The notes beneath the pieces were generated by a model that ran no database searches, was not told the DNA's origin, and was given only the letters and a program-made list of their open reading frames with translations. From contig JAPEUI010000089.1 in assembly GCA_026025075.1 (NCBI GenBank), positions 1 through 64,000 on the forward strand: a DNA stretch of 64,000 nt. The letters are read 5' to 3'. Positions 46,748-58,947 of the stretch are shown here, piece after piece (position 1 is the stretch's first letter; each line of letters begins with the position of its first letter). The position numbers were made by a program, and so were the translations under genes. Source of the stretch: Vezdaea acicularis. Taxonomy: Eukaryota.

Positions 46748-48292
46748 TCAAATACCTTCGAGACCTTCCCCTTGACCCCAAATCTTCACAGTCCGGTCAT
46801 GACCACCGCTGGCAATCCACGTCGCATCGTGACTGATATCAACACTAAGAACATTTCCGGAGTGTCCACTAAGTGTCTTGGCCAAAGCCCAATCATCAGC
46901 TGAAAAGATATTGACGTTTTTATCGAACCCCCCTGTGACAAAGAATGTGCCTGATATTTTGGGCTTCACATCCCCTTTCTCGTCTAACTCTAGCTGGTGT
47001 CCTTCCAAGGGGTTGTCGATTCCCTTGAACCAACGAAGGTCCGAAACCACGCTGCGATGAGCACCAATACCTCCTATCCCTCTAACCATACGTACGTCCC
47101 AGCATTTAACCCATCCATCGCCAGAACCAGATAGCAAGCGGTGCCCATCGACGCTCCAATCTAGAGCGTATATTTCTCGAATATGGCCGTCGAGAATCAT
47201 CACGGTGCGCCCAGTGCGAAGGTCCCAGATCCTTCCAATGCTATCCAAGCCAGCACTGGCAAGCAACGAGCCATCTGTATTGAAGCTTAAGGCGTAAACT
47301 TCTCGGGAGTGTCCGTCCTGGAGTAGTAGTTCGGTGGTTGTTGTAACGTCCCAAAGTCTCCATGTTGTATCATACGATGCAGAAGCCAGGTATCGACCAG
47401 ATGGATGAAATTCGATACGGCAGACTCTACCAAGATGCCCTGATAGTGTTGACAAAGGTGTGTCTTGACTAAGTGACCAAAGGTGGATGTCCCCTTCCCC
47501 TCCACTTGACGCTAGATTAAGAGAGCTAGAAGTGACCGAAGAACCATCTAATGTTGCCCCTGGATACCAACTGATACCTCCGATTCTATCTGTATGACCT
47601 CTCAATAACGTTTTTTCATTTAAGTTTGGAACATCTAATAGTTTGACGCCTCCACCCCAGTTGCCAGTGGCCACGAGTTTTCCATTTGGCGAGAACCTTA
47701 CAATGCTCACAGGCCTCTCTCCAGCGATCTGCGAGCCATAGAGGTCAAAAGACTCTAGGCGTTCTCGTATAGCCTTGCGATGCTTGACGTGTGTACGTAA
47801 CGGTATACCTGCTTCAAGCTTCTGAGTAGCTATGCGGACTTTTGCAAGAGGTATAGAAAAGCTTGCTATGTCTTGACGAGCATGCAAGAGCTCTTTAATA
47901 CCCTCCGTATAGAATTCTTCATCTTGGTCCACCTGCTCTTCAACCTGCGGTTGGCCCCCAAGCATTTGCACATCTCCGTCGGCATCTTGACCTGATTCTT
48001 GTTCTGCAAGTAATGTGAGGAGTTCTCGGAGGCGATCTCTTCTGTCTCCTGGTCCCTCCCCAAACAAAGTAATAGGTTCCCCTAGCTCTCTGAGTCGTGT
48101 GCGAACGCGACCATCATCGGTTGGTACCGCTATCGCTGCTGCTCGTTTCCTTCGTGAAAACTGCGACAAGATGGCGGACGCTTTCTCAGGAGCGATTCCG
48201 CCCAATGATGCGTCTATGGCGCTAGCCCCTGATAGCTCTGAGAAAGATATCCAGCCATCCTTCCGATCGTCTGCCTTCTGAGCGTTGGCCAT
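46748..48292 (-). CDS. PRP4: U4/U6 snRNP WD40 protein Prp4
   Basis: PRP4 motif VPTDDGRVRTRLRELGEPITLFGEGPGDRRDRLRELL followed by WD40 repeats. Start taken at first ATG (48292). Confidence 0.93.
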   Translation of the reverse strand: MANAQKADDRKDGWISFSELSGASAIDASLGGIAPEKASAILSQFSRRKRAAAIAVPTDDGRVRTRLRELGEPITLFGEGPGDRRDRLRELLTLLAEQESGQDADGDVQMLGGQPQVEEQVDQDEEFYTEGIKELLHARQDIASFSIPLAKVRIATQKLEAGIPLRTHVKHRKAIRERLESFDLYGSQIAGERPVSIVRFSPNGKLVATGNWGGGVKLLDVPNLNEKTLLRGHTDRIGGISWYPGATLDGSSVTSSSLNLASSGGEGDIHLWSLSQDTPLSTLSGHLGRVCRIEFHPSGRYLASASYDTTWRLWDVTTTTELLLQDGHSREVYALSFNTDGSLLASAGLDSIGRIWDLRTGRTVMILDGHIREIYALDWSVDGHRLLSGSGDGWVKCWDVRMVRGIGGIGAHRSVVSDLRWFKGIDNPLEGHQLELDEKGDVKPKISGTFFVTGGFDKNVNIFSADDWALAKTLSGHSGNVLSVDISHDATWIASGGHDRTVKIWGQGEGLEGI

Positions 48293-48456
48293 GGCTCGTG
48301 CGGGTGCATTGTGGTGCGTATGCGGGCAACCCGAGAGGGTTTTCACAGGTGAACTTTGCCGGAAAGAACACAGCTTTCGTTTAGATATACATCAATGATT
48401 GTGGAAAGCCGCCTCCTCGAGGGTGTGATCTTCACCATGTAATATTATCAATCAAC

Positions 48457-49851
48457 ATGCAATTTTTAGAGTCTAGAAGGCTGCTGGCGGCAGCTTTGTA
48501 TGGTTCGCTCCGGGTTATTCAACCACAGGTGACTGGCATCGCATCCTCACTCGGTCTATTTCAGGCGGCTTTTGCTACTCGAGCTCTTGAGGGTTTGACA
48601 TCCTGCTCAAACATATCTCCACCCATAGCTTATGGTACCACGAACTGTGGGCAGGCATACTCGACAGCTAGCAGGAACTCATTATCTTCTAGTATCGGAT
48701 ATCGGATAGCTGCATCATATTCTGGGAAAAACAATAGATTTGACCCAGAGTCCGACATTTTTAATTACAATCCCTTCAGCCAGTTACGAGTCAAATTTAA
48801 AGAATTGAATGTTACCGAGAGAAAGCAAAGAAGACCTCAAAGTGGTCAAGATGCTTTCTTCATCAGCAAGATTGGCGAGACTGGCAGCGTTGCCTTCGGA
48901 ATAGTAAGCACTGAATGCCTTCACCCCGCCATTCTTACGTGCCGATATTGATTATACTATTCTTTAACAGGCTGATGGTGTTGGTGGCTGGACTGAGTCT
49001 GGGGTTGATCCAGCAGACTTTTCACATGGTCTATGCGAGTACATGGCAGCAGAAGCATACGGTCATTGCAAGAGTGGAGCCTGTACACTTCAAGCTAAAG
49101 ATCTACTGGAAGCGGGTTATCAGCAGGTTGTTGCCGATGACTGGATTACGGCTGGAGGAAGTACTGCATGTATAGCTATTGGAAGGTCTGACGGGCTACT
49201 CAATGTCTCAAAGTAAGGTTTCATCCCATCTCTGCATTCAGTCAGATGTATAGGTGTAACGGTCAAAATAGCCTAGGCGATTCTGGCTTCATCCAGCTCC
49301 GTCTGAACGCAGTCCATCACTGCACAGAGCCCCAAACTCATGCTTTCAACACCCCTTATCAGCTTTCTGTCATACCCCCATACATTCTTGCACGCACTAA
49401 AGCATTCGGTGGGCGGCGTCTTCAGGACATGCCGGACGATTCACATGTATCTTCTCATACCGTAAGGCATGGAGACATATTGATCTTCGCAAGCGATGGG
49501 GTTTGGGATAATTTAAGTCCGCAAGATGTTCTGAAAATTGTAAGTCGGCGAATGCTTAGCCTGTCGGCATGGCACAGAAGCAAAAATGGCATCACCGTTG
49601 GCCATCAAATTGATATTCTGACGGATCAGTCGCGGGCCTCGCAAAGCCAAACTGACACGTTGCAAGCTTTACTTGCCATATCAATCGTGGGAGAAGCCAA
49701 AGTGGCTAGCCTAGATACGAGGAGAGATGGACCATTTGCAAGGGAAGTTGCAAAGCACTTCCCAAATGAGGAATGGCATGGGGGAAAGCCAGACGATATA
49801 TGCGTCATAGTTGCAATCGTTATCAATGATGGGCAAACTTATAAAGCCTAG
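48457..49851 (+). CDS. PTC7: PP2C-family phosphatase Ptc7/Azr1
   Basis: GQDAFF...FGI|ADGVGGW, GGSTAC, NLGDSG, FNTPYQLS, ASDGVWDNL and GGKPDDICV. Two introns. Confidence 0.92.
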
Positions 49852-50330
49852 GTGACTTACTCACACAACCCCCCCCCCCTGTAGTGTACTCTACTGCAAA
49901 GACGATGAAAACTGGCACGAGGAAAAGGGCAACACGAATTGCAGCAAATATATCTTTCGAATTCGCTGTTCTTGGAATAGCAATAGAATCTCGATGAGCA
50001 GAACACACTGTCAATCAAAGTCCTGGCCCACAGTGAATCCGCGCCTCACAAATTTTGTGGGCTCAGGAGATTCCTCCAGTTGGTTGCTATGGCGATAGGC
50101 GAGTGTTTACACTACTCGCGAAGGCAAGATCGATCATTCGCTTCGGGGCCAGAACACGAAAATATCGCGCCTGGACAAGATCATGGATTAGATCTCTTCA
50201 TGGACAACCCGTTGATTTAGTTTTAAGAATATACCTGTAGCTCCACTATTTGCTTTGACCCTCAAGCGCTCTGGCGTAAAATCTTCAAGACCTCACTAAA
50301 ATCGATGCTCAAATCCGGTCGATCGTCACA

Positions 50331-52966
50331 ATGGCTGCAGCCTCACCTACTCCGATGAATTACAATGGCTACGAACACCTATCTCGCAAGCCATCTTATC
50401 GACAAATGAGCCGTAGTTATGCTCTAAGACCTCATTTGAGGCGCGAGTCACCTGTTTCAGGCGCTATGATTGCGAAAGTAAAGTCGCATCACATCGCCGC
50501 TGCGGATAGTTCTGACGATGATATACCGATCCCAATGAAATTCAGCGCCCTAACGAAGGCTCTATTGGACGACGAACCATCTGTCCTAGAAAATTCCTCT
50601 CCAAATGCTGGCCAGGGCTCACGTACAGTTCGACCTGCGACAACCTCTGACGGTGACGAGACCTCCCAACGGAGCAGTCCACTCTCGCCGGGGCTTCGAA
50701 GATCTCAATCAATGTACTCTGACAGAAAGTCTCGAAATGCTAGTATCTCGGCGCGCCGAATTGTCCGCTTGAGCGGAGGGTCAACGGGCTCCGGAACTAA
50801 AGGAAACCAAGGATCATCTTTAAGTGCTCAGCCTATGGTCGAAAGGTCAGGATCGCCTCATAGTAGCAGTCCTAGGGATCTGATAACGCCGGCACCGCCT
50901 CCGCGTAACATCAGAGTGAAAGGAAATATAGCTAATTGGGCAATGTCGAGTCCATCATCAAAGGCGCCCGTGTCACCACCCGTGTCACCACCCGTGGACC
51001 GGGAAGGAATACATCATGTTCCTACAACTCTCGGTCAATCATACTCTACTATTGGTCAAAGTAGTATCTCTAGGTATGCTGGCACGGGAAAATTAAGACA
51101 AGGAGAAGAAACTGGCGTTCAAGGATCTGTTCGAATGAAAAGAGTTGGAAAAGTCAGTGGCACCTTCTTGAGTGGCCCAGCTCGAAGGGGGAGACGACGT
51201 CAAAGTGAGGACGACCAGAGCCCTGCCAGTCAGTATACAAAAACCGCAATGCCAGCAGAAAATATGCCAGCAGAAGACGATGCACCAGAGAAGCAGAATC
51301 TGGAGCACTCGGATGACGTAGTAGTATCAAGAGCCGGTGAGAATGCAGATACCGAAGCGTATCAAGCCCAAGCAAGTCACAAAGTTCATTTCTTCTCTGA
51401 ACTTTTATCTGAGCCAGTTGAAAGTGTAAAACATCATACACCACATTTACAACAGTCAGGGTTCTCAGCTTTGCGACCAACTTCAACAAATACGTCTGAC
51501 AAGTCCTTAATGGCTAGACCTCAACCAGTCTTCAAGGTTTCAGCGTTACCGCCAGCTTTGCCCTCTATGCGAGATCAGGAGAACGAACCTCCACCGACTT
51601 TTAAGAAAGGGCAGCCTGTAGAATATGGACTTCTCAGCAAAGTTGAGAAGGTTCCCTTATATCCGAACCCGAGGCCATCTTTATCGGCCACGCCTGGGAT
51701 AGCTACACCTAGCAGAAATGCACTGGCTCCGCGAAGCCAGAACACCCCTCATCGACCAGCACCTCCTCCCCCTCCAAAGATGTCCGTTTTAGAGACGGCG
51801 ACAGCAACTGCCGGGGCTGCTACTACGTCACATTCCAAGAGGAAACGAAACTATATTGCCGTTAATGGTAAGGCTTTCACACGCATGGATTGCATCGGGC
51901 GGGGTGGAAGTTCTAGAGTCTATCGGGTAATGGCAGAAAACTACAAACTGTTCGCATTGAAGAAGGTAACATTGGAAGACGTTGATGAGTTGGCAATAAG
52001 AGGTTATAAGGGTGAGATTGATTTACTATGTAAGCTGGAAGGTGTCGATAGGGTGGTGAGACTTTTTGACTGGGAGGTTAATGATGAGAAGCAGACCTTG
52101 AGCGTGGTGAGTGACAATTACAACGAATCCTTTTTTTGGGCGAAATTGCTAACTTAATCTCATAGCTTATGGAGATTGGAGAGTCGGACCTTGAGCGTAT
52201 TCTTACCATGCGACTGAAGACAGAAGACGCAAGGTTTGATATAAATTTTGCACGGTTTTACTGGAGGGAGATGTTAGAATGTGTGCAATCTGTACATCAA
52301 TTCGATATCGTGCACTCAGACTTGAAACCGGCGAACTTTCTTCTGGTCCAAGGCAGATTGAAACTGATCGACTTCGGCATTGCCAATGCAATCCAGGAAA
52401 ACACGGTCAATGTCCATCGGGAACAGACTGTTGGAACCCCGAATTATATGTCGCCAGAAGCAATTATTGATTCGAATGCAAAGAGCGGACTGGCATCGGA
52501 GGCCGGAAAGATGATGAAGCTTGGCAAACCGAGCGACGTCTGGAGTTTAGGGTGCATCTTATATCGCATGGTGTATGGCAGTCCCCCATTTGCACATATC
52601 CAGAATCAGATTCATAGGATCATGGCGATTCCAAACCCGAAGCATGCCATCGAATTCCCGGAAAAAGGGGTCGGGGACGTGCTAGTGCCTGCAAGCTTGA
52701 TCAAGACGTTAAAATGGTGTTTGGAACGAGACCAGCATCGACGGCCAACGATCGCGCAACTTCTTGATCAAAGAGACCCGTTTCTCTATCCTGATGCGGT
52801 GAAGGAGGGAACGGTAGAGATGAGTCAGGAGACATTGAGGAGAATATTGGCAAATGTGGTCAATTATTGTAACACCAAAGGGATACCCAGTCAAGCTGAG
52901 GTAGCCGAGTGGCCAGCAGTGTATTTCACGAAGATAAAGGAGCTCATGAAAGAAGCGGCAAGTTGA
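50331..52966 (+). CDS. MPS1: Dual-specificity spindle checkpoint kinase Mps1/TTK
   Basis: IGRGGSSRVYRV, HSDLKPANFLLVQGRLKLIDFGIANAI, VGTPNYMSPE and SDVWSLGCILY. Intron at about 52107-52165. Confidence 0.95.
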
Positions 52967-53380
52967 TGGCATAAAATTTTCTTTGAGCAGATAGACTTGG
53001 ATCCGCGAGTACGATCCACACAATTGGATGAAGTAGCCATGATTCACTCTAGGGTTTTAAAGCGTAAACTGGCGTAGTACTACGCTGTAATTTTGTACTG
53101 CCCAAGTGATGGTCAGTGTATTCTCGATTGAAAAATCCAAATCAAGCTTCAGGGATTGGGAGCAATCATGTTCAATGGCGGATAGGACCGCATCTTCTTA
53201 AGTCAAGGTTTTATTGTATGTTTAGTCGGACAAATTCTTGTCTAAAGATCCAGTGGTGGCTGCATAACTTCAAGTCGCTCGAAACTGTGCTCGCTTGTTA
53301 GACTTGTAACGGATCTCAGCAGTTTGCTTCGTCATGATGCACATTCTCTGGAATCAGGTTACAACATTGAAATAACTCAA

Positions 53381-54115
53381 ATGTCATGGTCTAGGCCGAC
53401 AATTATCTCCTGGATCTGTTACCCTCCATCTAGGAGTACCGCGCGCCGAAATCTAATGACCAGAGTGAATATCCACTACCCAACAGCCAAAACAGAACCT
53501 ATATGGCATCATGAATGGCTATTTATCCTGCGGTCCCGCTTTTCCTCGTCATGCGTGCATCAGAAAGAATCTCTCCAGCCCCAGAATTTCTATGAGCTCT
53601 TTCCCGACTCGCTTTCGGCGGGGCCGCCACCACGAGGGAAATTCCATATCGACATCAAGCAGCTCCGGAGGGAATACCTGAGGCTTCAGTCCAAGGCACA
53701 TCCAGACCGACACAGCCAAGAAAACAAGAGCCGGGCAGAAGCAGCATCAGCACGTATCAACGAGGCGTTCAAGACTCTTCAGGATCCCCTTCTTCGCGCC
53801 CAGTATCTACTTTCTTTGAGGGGCATCGATGTAGCGGAGGATGAAACGGCAAAGGTTGAGGACCCCAGCTTGTTGATGGAGGTCTTGGAGGCAAGAGAAG
53901 AAATCGAAGCTGTACAGAGTGAAGAGGAGCTAGAGCCACTGAAGTTGAGGAATGAGGAGAGGGTGATGGAAAGTGTGAAAGGCTTGGAAAAAGCTTTCGA
54001 GGCTAATGACGTGGCTGCAGCAAAACACGAAGCAGTCAAGTTGAGGTATTGGATCAATATCAAGGAGAGTCTAAGTTCTTGGAAAAGGGGAAAGCCTATC
54101 ATACTTGTGCATTGA
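53381..54115 (+). CDS. JAC1: Mitochondrial Fe-S co-chaperone HscB/Jac1
   Basis: J-domain HPD (LQSKAHPD), INEAFKTL.DPLLRAQYLL and C-terminal LRYW.NI. Start codon uncertain (53381 or 53456). Confidence 0.9.
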   Translation: MSWSRPTIISWICYPPSRSTARRNLMTRVNIHYPTAKTEPIWHHEWLFILRSRFSSSCVHQKESLQPQNFYELFPDSLSAGPPPRGKFHIDIKQLRREYLRLQSKAHPDRHSQENKSRAEAASARINEAFKTLQDPLLRAQYLLSLRGIDVAEDETAKVEDPSLLMEVLEAREEIEAVQSEEELEPLKLRNEERVMESVKGLEKAFEANDVAAAKHEAVKLRYWINIKESLSSWKRGKPIILVH

Positions 54116-54466
54116 AATGGGTAGGATTTAGGTTCGTCTTAAAAGCGTAGCCCAAAGTATCGTTCAAGGAAGGCATGGTAAGGCATATCCGGGAGAGGCA
54201 TCGAGGATGCTTGCTCTCAATTAGCGTAGCAGAAAAACCCTCATTTATTAGTTCAAGTCTCCGCCATATAGAATACCCAAAATCTGTACCAGATTTGGTT
54301 CTGTTATCAGCTCTCCGTATCATAACCAGTGTAGCGTGGCCAATTATCTCTAATCAAATGGCCAAGTCGCGTGTCATTTTCGGGAAATGAACACATTCGC
54401 TTTTCGGCACCCTGGGGCTGTTCTTAAGTGTCAGTCATTGCACAGCAAGTCCTATCGCATGGTACA

Positions 54467-56045
54467 ATGACAAGAACATCACTTTTGGTCCTGGTGACAG
54501 TCTCTGCTGTCTTGGGAAGCCAAAGCGTCTTCAGCGTCCACGATGACATTTTAGCGTTTCCGCAAGTTAGTTTCTGAGGTTTTCCCACTTGCGCCGCGGA
54601 CCTAATCTTTAACAGTACGATGTGATACTCTCTGATACTTTCATATCGAATGCGGATGCTCATTCAAGACTTGCTTCTGCGATTTCGAGCTCTTCAGCCC
54701 CCTCAGGAGCCACTTCGGAAACGTTGCAAGCGGTCCAAGGTGGAAGAGGGGTCGCATACCGAGCTGGCAACACCGATGAAAGGCACGCAGAGCAAGATCC
54801 CGATTACATCTTTGAAAATGCGGCCGAGATGTACGAGGGCATGATTCTGGAGGGGAAGCGCTACCTCTGCTCAATACCTGTTGTGAAGGAGGCAGTGCGG
54901 AATGAGACACTCGAAGCAGCCGCCCGTGTCGAAGAGGAGAAAGAGATGGCGCGGGCAACTATAAGAGGGTGGGAGCTTTTGAAAGAAATGGAGGGGCACT
55001 GCTTATATTACATCGTCGGATACTGGTCATATTCCTTCTGCTACAACGGCAAGGTGACGCAGTTTCATCATCTTCCACCTCAGAAGGATGTACCACTCTT
55101 CCCCCCTCAAGAGGACCGTAGTGTACCGTCCTTTATTCTTGGCGATACCAAGGGGCATATTGTGCAAGATGGTGCAGGAAAAGAATCAGGAGGAGAGGCA
55201 GGTGGAAAAGTGGAAGAAGGTCCAACCCGCCTGGTTGGCACACAGCTTCAGGCTAAGGGGGAGATGCGCTATTTGGTGCAGAAGCTGGATGGTGGGACGG
55301 AGTGTGATCTTACAGGAAAGGATAGACAGATAGAAGTTCAGGTAAAGTTTTTGCAAACGACAGATCTAGGCCTTGCTGAAAGATGTTCTAGTTTCACTGC
55401 CACGAGCAATCGAATGACCGAATTGGATGGATCAAAGAAGTTGCGACATGTAGCTATCTTATGATAATCTACACGCCTCGTCTCTGCCATGACGCTGCGT
55501 TCCGGCCACCTCGCGAAAATCGGGCCAATCCTATCGCCTGCCGTGAAGTGTTGGAGCCACATGAAGTTAAAGGCTGGAAGACCAGAAAAGCATCGGAAGC
55601 TGAGAGAAAGACACTGAAGGGAAGTGATGGACAAGAATCAAACCCAATCATTGTTGGAGGAATCCAAGTCGCAGCAGCTAACCATGTTGGTAAAATTGGC
55701 CGACGGATTGAATTTGTGAATCCTGCGGAAGCAGGCCCGGGCAAGGTCGAAATCATTGCTCAAAGCCTGGGCAACCGGAAGGGTGGAAAATACCAGAGGC
55801 TGACAGATGAAGACCTTAAGAATATGGATATTGATCCAGGCGTGGTCGATAGTATGCGCAAAGAGCTGCAGGAACTGGCTGGAGACCGAGGTTGGAAACT
55901 GGAGGTTGTAGATCGGCCGGGCGGGAGGCGCGATATTCATGGGGTTTTAAGTGATGAACCAGCCAAGAAGGGCAAGGGCACACCCGAAGAGGAAGATTCC
56001 GCAGAAGGTGACGAGAGTGCAGAAGGCTATCCAGACAAGCTTTGA
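54467..56045 (+). CDS. YOS9: ER lectin Yos9/OS-9 (MRH domain)
   Basis: Signal peptide plus FSVHDDILAFPQ|Y, CLYY..GYWSYSFCY...QFH, GTECDLTG..R.IEVQ|FHC, WIKEV.TC.Y.M.IYTPRLC.D. Two introns. Confidence 0.92.
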
Positions 56046-56292
56046 CGGCATTTGAATAGCATTGCTTGGGCGCATTGGAGTTGGGTACATTGGCGTCACA
56101 TGGAAAAGGTATGCATCGGACAAAAGGCTTGTTAGAATAGGATTTTCACTTATTCCCAGCTTCCCAGTCTATAGTACATCATGCGCAGACATGACTGCTA
56201 GAAACTCATGTCCTATCTAGAACTATGAACGCTCTAACCGTAGAGCATGGCCAAGACGTTATTCGTTAATAGCCAGCTGGCCTTTGCATATT

Positions 56293-57748
56293 TCAGTGCA
56301 CCATGGACTTCCCAATCTCGCTCTTCCAACCAGCAGCCCGTTCAAACCCATTCGAATGGCTCTGGAAATCGACCATGGCTTGGTAAACTTCGTCTTGTGT
56401 ATTGAGGACGAAAGGTCCGTACTGTACAACCTTTTGATCAAGGGGGAGGCCAGCTATAAGAACTGCGAGAAAGGTAAGTTAGCATGTAGTTCAGGATAGG
56501 AGTTGCGAAGGAGATGGGGATATAGATAGAAATAAACGAAACCCGGACATCCGTTAAGCGTTGGTGGTTTAGTGGCAAAATCCGTCGTTGCCATCGACGG
56601 GCCCCGGGTTCGATTCCCGGCCGACGCAAGTAATACATGTCTCTTTTTATTTACTCTGTTCAACGACAGTCGGGGCTTTTTTTTTAAAAGGGGCTTTATC
56701 ACCAAGCAATCAAGAGGTGTGCGGTGGAGTTGGCGGTTTTCAGTGGAAGCGTAAAGAAAGGGGGAGGCTTACTGAAATGACCATCTTCTTTGGCGTCCTC
56801 TGGAACGGAAGCAACGATGATATCGCCCTTTTGCTCAAAGACAACATTATGGTATTGAGCTATTGTTGTCTCGTCTGCACCAGTACCAAAGGTTGTGCTG
56901 CCCGCAAACGTGTAGGCAAACGCATTCCAGCTCGTGGGCACTTCCTGCGTTACCTTGCCACCTGGTTTGATTTTTATATCGAGGAGCCATACTGGAGTGT
57001 ATGCAAGCTCCTTGACACTGTCGATACCGTGTGACTGGCCCGAAATGACTTTAATGTGAACTTTGTTGTCATCCACATCGACGCTAGGTATCTCGGCCGC
57101 CTTCAAGTCGCGATAACGGGGTTCGCACTTCTTCAACTTTGCAGGAAGATCTACCCAGAGCTGGAGGCCGACATTTGGGCTGCCATCGGCATTTTGGTGA
57201 GGCATCTCGGCGTGCATGATGCCTTTGCCTGCTGTCATGAATTGCAGGTCTCCCGTCTCAATTGTGCCCTTGTTACCAGCGAAATCTTCATGATCGAAAG
57301 CACCACTCATCATGTAGGTAATTGTCTCTTGGCCCCGGTGAGGGTGGTCGGGGAATCCCGCGCCTGGCGAGACAGTAAAGTGGTCGAGCATCAAGAATGG
57401 AGAGAAATTTCTTAATTTTGGAACGCCGATTGAACGACGGACACGGGCGCCAACACCTTCGGACTGCTCGGTGGCCAAGAAGGCTGTGCGGATGTTTCTT
57501 GGGGTGCCCATTGTTGAGGCTTGCCTGAATCTTTGATGGATCGGAAGAATGGCCAGGAGACCTTCGAAAGTGGAGGACTTTGTCTTTGGGGTGAATATGG
57601 AGAATTTTCTGGTAGGTGAATACCGGCTGAAGGACTCGATAGGTTTGAAGGACTTGAGTTGCTGCGTGATGGTAATAGGACCCCTGAGATCGTATAAAAT
57701 TGCTGCTGCGATGGCGAGTAGAATTGAAAATGAGAAAACAAACCTCAT
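56293..57748 (-). CDS. Pirin-family protein
   Basis: EGVGARVRRSIG, PFLMLDHF, GFPDHPHRGQETITY, QFMTAGKGIMHAEMP and GLQLWVDLP. After intron 56463-56772: ILIAGLPLDQKVVQYGPFV...NGFERA.GWKSEIG, stop at 56293. Core starts at ATG 57511; upstream in-frame ATG at 57748. Confidence 0.93.
56558..56628 (+). tRNA. tRNA-Gly (anticodon GCC), intronless
   Basis: Acceptor stem GCGTTGG/CCGACGC, A-box TGGTTTAGTGG, anticodon arm CGTCG-TTGCCAT-CGACG, T-arm CCGGG-TTCGATT-CCCGG, T-run terminator at about 56644. Confidence 0.96.
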
Positions 57749-58947
57749 GGACTCGATGAGCCGCGTTTTATAGGTGCAGGCGCAAACAGGACGGAGGAGC
57801 GCAGGTATGGGATGGCCAAGTTAGGCAGAGCCTGGAAGCTTCGATGATCAGGCGATTCGGTTGAGCAATTGCTTAGAAGTGTGTTCCTCAGAAAGAAAAC
57901 AGGGAGTTCTGACGTTAAGGGGTACATTCGGTGCTATTAAGTTGATTCTCTACGGAATCTACATAGGGGCGGGGAAGTATCAAATGCTGAGCCAATTCTT
58001 TGTCAAGCCCCACTAACCTGTATCCTTCGGTAAACATGGGCCGAGGTTTCCGCCTGGAGCGGTTGACTAAGACTCCTGTCAGCAAGTGATGAATAAAGTT
58101 TGTAACAAATTCCGAAATTCCGCACCTAGGGGAAGTTAGCGTGCGCTAAGAGACTTGCGGACGGTCGCGAACTACCCGGCATGCTCGCCCACGAATCGCA
58201 TATTCTGCATTTCGACCATTCAGTCTACTCTAGTGGGCTATGATTGGCCTGCTGAGAGGTATAGGGAATATAATGTGCCCAGACTCCAAGAGTCTCATGT
58301 TGCTTTCCGTTGCCTTGCTATTACAGAGCGAAATTGATGGACCCGGATGATTTCTCGAGACACCCTTTTCAACTCTGGTGCACTTTCCGGTAATTCATGA
58401 CTAGCATGGGAGCACGACGGAGAATTAGCGGGGACTGTTTGTTACATAGTGGACCGCTCGTACAATAATCAAAATGAGCCTTTGGCATGAGTTATGGAGT
58501 TGTATGTCCGTCCTGTCTCAATCTACTTAAAGGCACCGACCAGAACAGTCTTCAGCCACCACAATCAAGATCAGAAGTGGCATATAGGGCCTGCACGAAA
58601 GCATGATTTAAACTATAGTGGCAGGCCCAAATTGACGCAGAAACTAAGCCTGTCAAATGATTAGATGTTATATGTACTAAATCCTTCCTTGCTAATGCAA
58701 TTGCGATACCGGGTGTACAAATTCAGGCTTGGCCAAGAAGTTGAACTTCGGCGTATCTGCTATGACAGATATGAAACATGTGGCGCTCCTCATTGTAAAT
58801 ATCACAGAGGCGTAGAGGTCCAGTATTTGTACAGGGAACATATCCATAGAAGGCGAAGTGCTCGCTTAGTTCAGATGCTAATGGTTCTAAACGTGGTATG
58901 AAAGGTGCCCGGGGTGAAGGCTTCGAGAGCTCCAGATTGATTTGGGT

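Noticed and set aside
50967..50996. 12-bp in-frame duplication (PVSP x2) in MPS1
   Set aside because: Trivial slippage in a disordered region.
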